From positions 2,208,001 through 2,272,000 of the forward strand of contig CAWGHO010000002.1 of NCBI GenBank assembly GCA_963822445.1: a stretch of 64,000 bases of DNA. Reading direction: 5' to 3'. The position numbers and the translations under genes were made by a program. This DNA is from an uncultured Acidobacteriota bacterium (GTDB lineage Bacteria > Acidobacteriota > Thermoanaerobaculia > Gp7-AA8). Below, piece after piece: positions 61,314-64,000 of this stretch; position 1 is the stretch's first letter; each line of letters starts with the position of its first letter. The notes below the pieces were generated by a model. That model saw nothing but the letters and a program-made list of their open reading frames with translations. It was not told the DNA's origin and did no database searches.

Positions 61314-64000
61314 TCAGCGCTGGACTTTGCCGAGTTGCCGGTCGAGATACGCGGTGATCAGCTGCCGGACGACGTCGAGCGGTGGGATGTGTCCGGAATC
61401 GACGATCACGATCTCCTTCGGCTCCGGCATCAGCTCGTACAGCGGCAGGGCCTCGGTCTGCAGCGGATGGACCTCGTCCCAGCGGCCGTGAAGCATGAGC
61501 TTCGGCGCGTTCATGCGCGGTGCGAAATTCTTCCGGTTCGCTTTGGGATTCGTGTCTCTCGCCTCATCGGGAGGCATGCCCACGCCCATGAAGGTGACAC
61601 AGCGGTATCGATTCTCCAGCGCGGCCATGACGATGCCGAGATGGGCGCCCGCGCTGGGACCGAAGTAGGCGATGCGCTGCCTGTCGATCTCCGGCCGGGT
61701 CACGAGGTAGTCGACGCCGCGGCGGAAGTCGATCGTCTGCTCTTGCATGAAATCCGCGTACTCCTCGGACGCACCTGCAGGAAAGCCGACCCGGCCCGAC
61801 GGGCGGCCGATGTAGCCGCGCAACACCACGCCGAAGACGGCCCGTCCGCCGCGCAGGAAGGGCGTGAGCATCGCTTCCATCGCCGCGTCCAGCGATCGCC
61901 GTCCAACGGCAACGTCGGTTGCCGGAACGAAGTGGATCACCTGATACGGAGGCTTCGCATTTTTCGGCAGGTAGAGATGGGCGAAGGCGCGGCCTTGCGC
62001 GCCGTCAAACTCGATCTTCTGCATCGTCCACGACTCGCCCTCGCGCTTTTCGACGATGCGCGCGTTCAGCGGAGCGGGGGAGTAGTCGTAAAAGCGGCGG
62101 ATCTTCGTGAACTCCGCGTCGCTGACGGGATCGAGCTTGACCACGCTGTCGCTGCGCGAGATCGCGTAGCCGCCCTGATCGCCTTTTCCGCCGGCCGGCC
62201 GCGAGCAGCGGAAGCCGATCTGCGAGCTGCTGTGCATCGGCGGATACGAGCCGAAGTTGCCGAAGCTGTAGGTCGGCGAGTTGAAGTCGCCGCCGGTCAG
62301 CATCATGCCGTCGCCGTACTGATTGAGACACCACTCCGCAACGTTGCCGGCCATGTGATGCGCGCCGTACGCGCTCATGCCCGATGGCAGCGACTGCACG
62401 GGCATCGTGCCGCTGCCGCGGAAGTTCGCGCGGCTGGCGATGTCCGCGCCCGGCGGCGCGACGCCCCAGGGATACATCAGCCCGAACGCCGAGAAGGAGC
62501 CATCGCGCGCGGCCTTGTCCCATTCGAAGATCGTCGGCAGACGCTTGCCTCGAAACTCGGCGTACGCCGCCGCTTCGTACCAGCTCACGTCGGTGACCGG
62601 GTATTCGTCCCGACCCTCGGGATAGTTCTGATCCATCCACCGCCGCGGCGCCGGCATCCCGGATGCGTCCTTCAACTCGAGCATGGCCTCGTCGAAGGTC
62701 AGCGTCTTGCCGTCCTCGAGGAACGGATGCTTCCAGAGCTCGCGGCGTTCATAGCCGCCGGCGCGGATGAATTCGGCGAACTCGCGATTCGTGACCTCGA
62801 ACTGGTCGATGTAGAAATCGTCCAGCGTAACGGCTGCGTTCGTCGGACGGCTCCAAGCAGCGATGCGATAGCGGCCGCCTGCGACACGGACCATGCCTTT
62901 CGGCACGTCTTTCATGGGCGTCAGCTTCAGATCGAGCGGCACGGGACGCGGCGGGAGCCACGTCCATTCGAGCGGGATCGGTGAGAGCGCGATCGTGCGC
63001 GCGAGCGGCGCGAACCCTTCTTTTTCGACGCGAATGACGTAGTCGCCGAGGGCAATCGGGTGTTTGGCGAGCGGTGTCGTTCCGGCGAGTGTCCGCGCGG
63101 TCGTCGTGCCATTCGCACTGACCCGTTCGAGAAAGACCTGTGCTCCCGCGGGCTCGCTTTTCACATCGAGCGGCACGCTGATCGAGCCGCGAACTCGGGC
63201 GATGACGGGATCGTCGCCGAGGTCTTCATGCAGCGCATCGGCGAGATCCCACGCGGCGAAGTAGTTCCGTTCTTCAGCGAGCTTCTCGAGTTGCGGCAGC
63301 TTCGCGCGCGCCTCACGCACGGCACGCGCGCGATTCGCGTAAACGGATCCGATGGCGATCGCGGCGAGGATCGCCACGGCCACGGCGATCCACTTCCACG
63401 GCAGGCGCCGCGACCCGGACACCTTCTGCGTTACGACCTCGGTCGGCAGGTCGCCGGAACGAATCCGCTTCGTCTCATCGCGGGCCTGCTTGAGCGCCTC
63501 GGCCATCTCCCGCGCCGTGGGGTAACGCTCGTCGCGCTTTTTGGACAGCGCTTTCACGATGATCGCGCGAACACTCGGAGGCAGCGCCGCATCGAGCGCC
63601 GGCGGGTCCTCGGTGAGGATCGACGCGATCACTCCGCTCGGCGACGACGCTTCGAACGGCCGTCTGCCCGTGACCATCTCGTAAAGCACGACGCCGAGGC
63701 TGAAGACGTCGCTGCGCGCGTCGATGTCGTCCGTGCGCAGCTGCTCGGGCGACATGTATTGCATCGTTCCCATGACCAGGCCCGGCGCGGTGTGCACGAC
63801 CATCGTCGGCGTCTCGCTGCCTGCCGGTGGCGCGGTGAGCTTGGCCAGCCCGAAGTCGAGCACCTTCACGTAGCCATCGGGCCGGATCATCACGTTCTCC
63901 GGCTTGATGTCGCGGTGGATGATGCCGTGGGCATGCGCGCTGCCGAGTGCCGCGGCGATCTGGACGCCGAGCTCCAATGACTCGGCCAGCGTCAGAGGCT
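61314..64000 (-). CDS. Ser/Thr kinase - FGE-sulfatase - alpha/beta hydrolase fusion (5' end outside window)
   Basis: HRDIKPEN, DFGLAK; EVTN, RLPT..EW, MAGNVAEW, GFRC; GPSAG...D...GH. Confidence 0.9.
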   Translation of the reverse strand, partial: PLTLAESLELGVQIAAALGSAHAHGIIHRDIKPENVMIRPDGYVKVLDFGLAKLTAPPAGSETPTMVVHTAPGLVMGTMQYMSPEQLRTDDIDARSDVFSLGVVLYEMVTGRRPFEASSPSGVIASILTEDPPALDAALPPSVRAIIVKALSKKRDERYPTAREMAEALKQARDETKRIRSGDLPTEVVTQKVSGSRRLPWKWIAVAVAILAAIAIGSVYANRARAVREARAKLPQLEKLAEERNYFAAWDLADALHEDLGDDPVIARVRGSISVPLDVKSEPAGAQVFLERVSANGTTTARTLAGTTPLAKHPIALGDYVIRVEKEGFAPLARTIALSPIPLEWTWLPPRPVPLDLKLTPMKDVPKGMVRVAGGRYRIAAWSRPTNAAVTLDDFYIDQFEVTNREFAEFIRAGGYERRELWKHPFLEDGKTLTFDEAMLELKDASGMPAPRRWMDQNYPEGRDEYPVTDVSWYEAAAYAEFRGKRLPTIFEWDKAARDGSFSAFGLMYPWGVAPPGADIASRANFRGSGTMPVQSLPSGMSAYGAHHMAGNVAEWCLNQYGDGMMLTGGDFNSPTYSFGNFGSYPPMHSSSQIGFRCSRPAGGKGDQGGYAISRSDSVVKLDPVSDAEFTKIRRFYDYSPAPLNARIVEKREGESWTMQKIEFDGAQGRAFAHLYLPKNAKPPYQVIHFVPATDVAVGRRSLDAAMEAMLTPFLRGGRAVFGVVLRGYIGRPSGRVGFPAGASEEYADFMQEQTIDFRRGVDYLVTRPEIDRQRIAYFGPSAGAHLGIVMAALENRYRCVTFMGVGMPPDEARDTNPKANRKNFAPRMNAPKLMLHGRWDEVHPLQTEALPLYELMPEPKEIVIVDSGHIPPLDVVRQLITAYLDRQLGKVQR

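Overview
GC-rich bacterial window in two parts; the gene content suggests Acidobacteriota/Thermoanaerobaculia, which is an inference. (1) About 1-21 kb is an integron-type gene-cassette array with no integrase in view. It has 15 attC-like palindromic sites (RYYYAAC...GTTRRRY) that are unusually long (189-201 bp) and fall into several internal subfamilies. They separate cassettes encoding TIR, FRG, Abi-alpha-like, nucleotidyl-cyclase-like, DUF433/PIN toxin-antitoxin, DM9 lipoprotein and unknown proteins, plus two homologous ORF-less cassettes. Two near-identical IS481 copies sit exactly in attC core motifs, and an IS1595 (left edge) and an IS30 (right) bracket the array. (2) About 21-64 kb is core metabolism and signalling: treY-treZ-glgB, two malQ genes and a GH57, a purine catabolism cluster (xdhABC, puuD, uraH, alc-uraD, allB; many frameshifts), fabH, an ABC exporter, a stressosome (rsbRST) with a hybrid kinase, an S8 protease with a stand-alone propeptide-like partner, reductive pyrimidine catabolism genes and a Ser/Thr kinase fusion. 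Several REP-like palindromes occur, two of them in frame inside genes. All alignments and translations were done by eye; no database searches were run.
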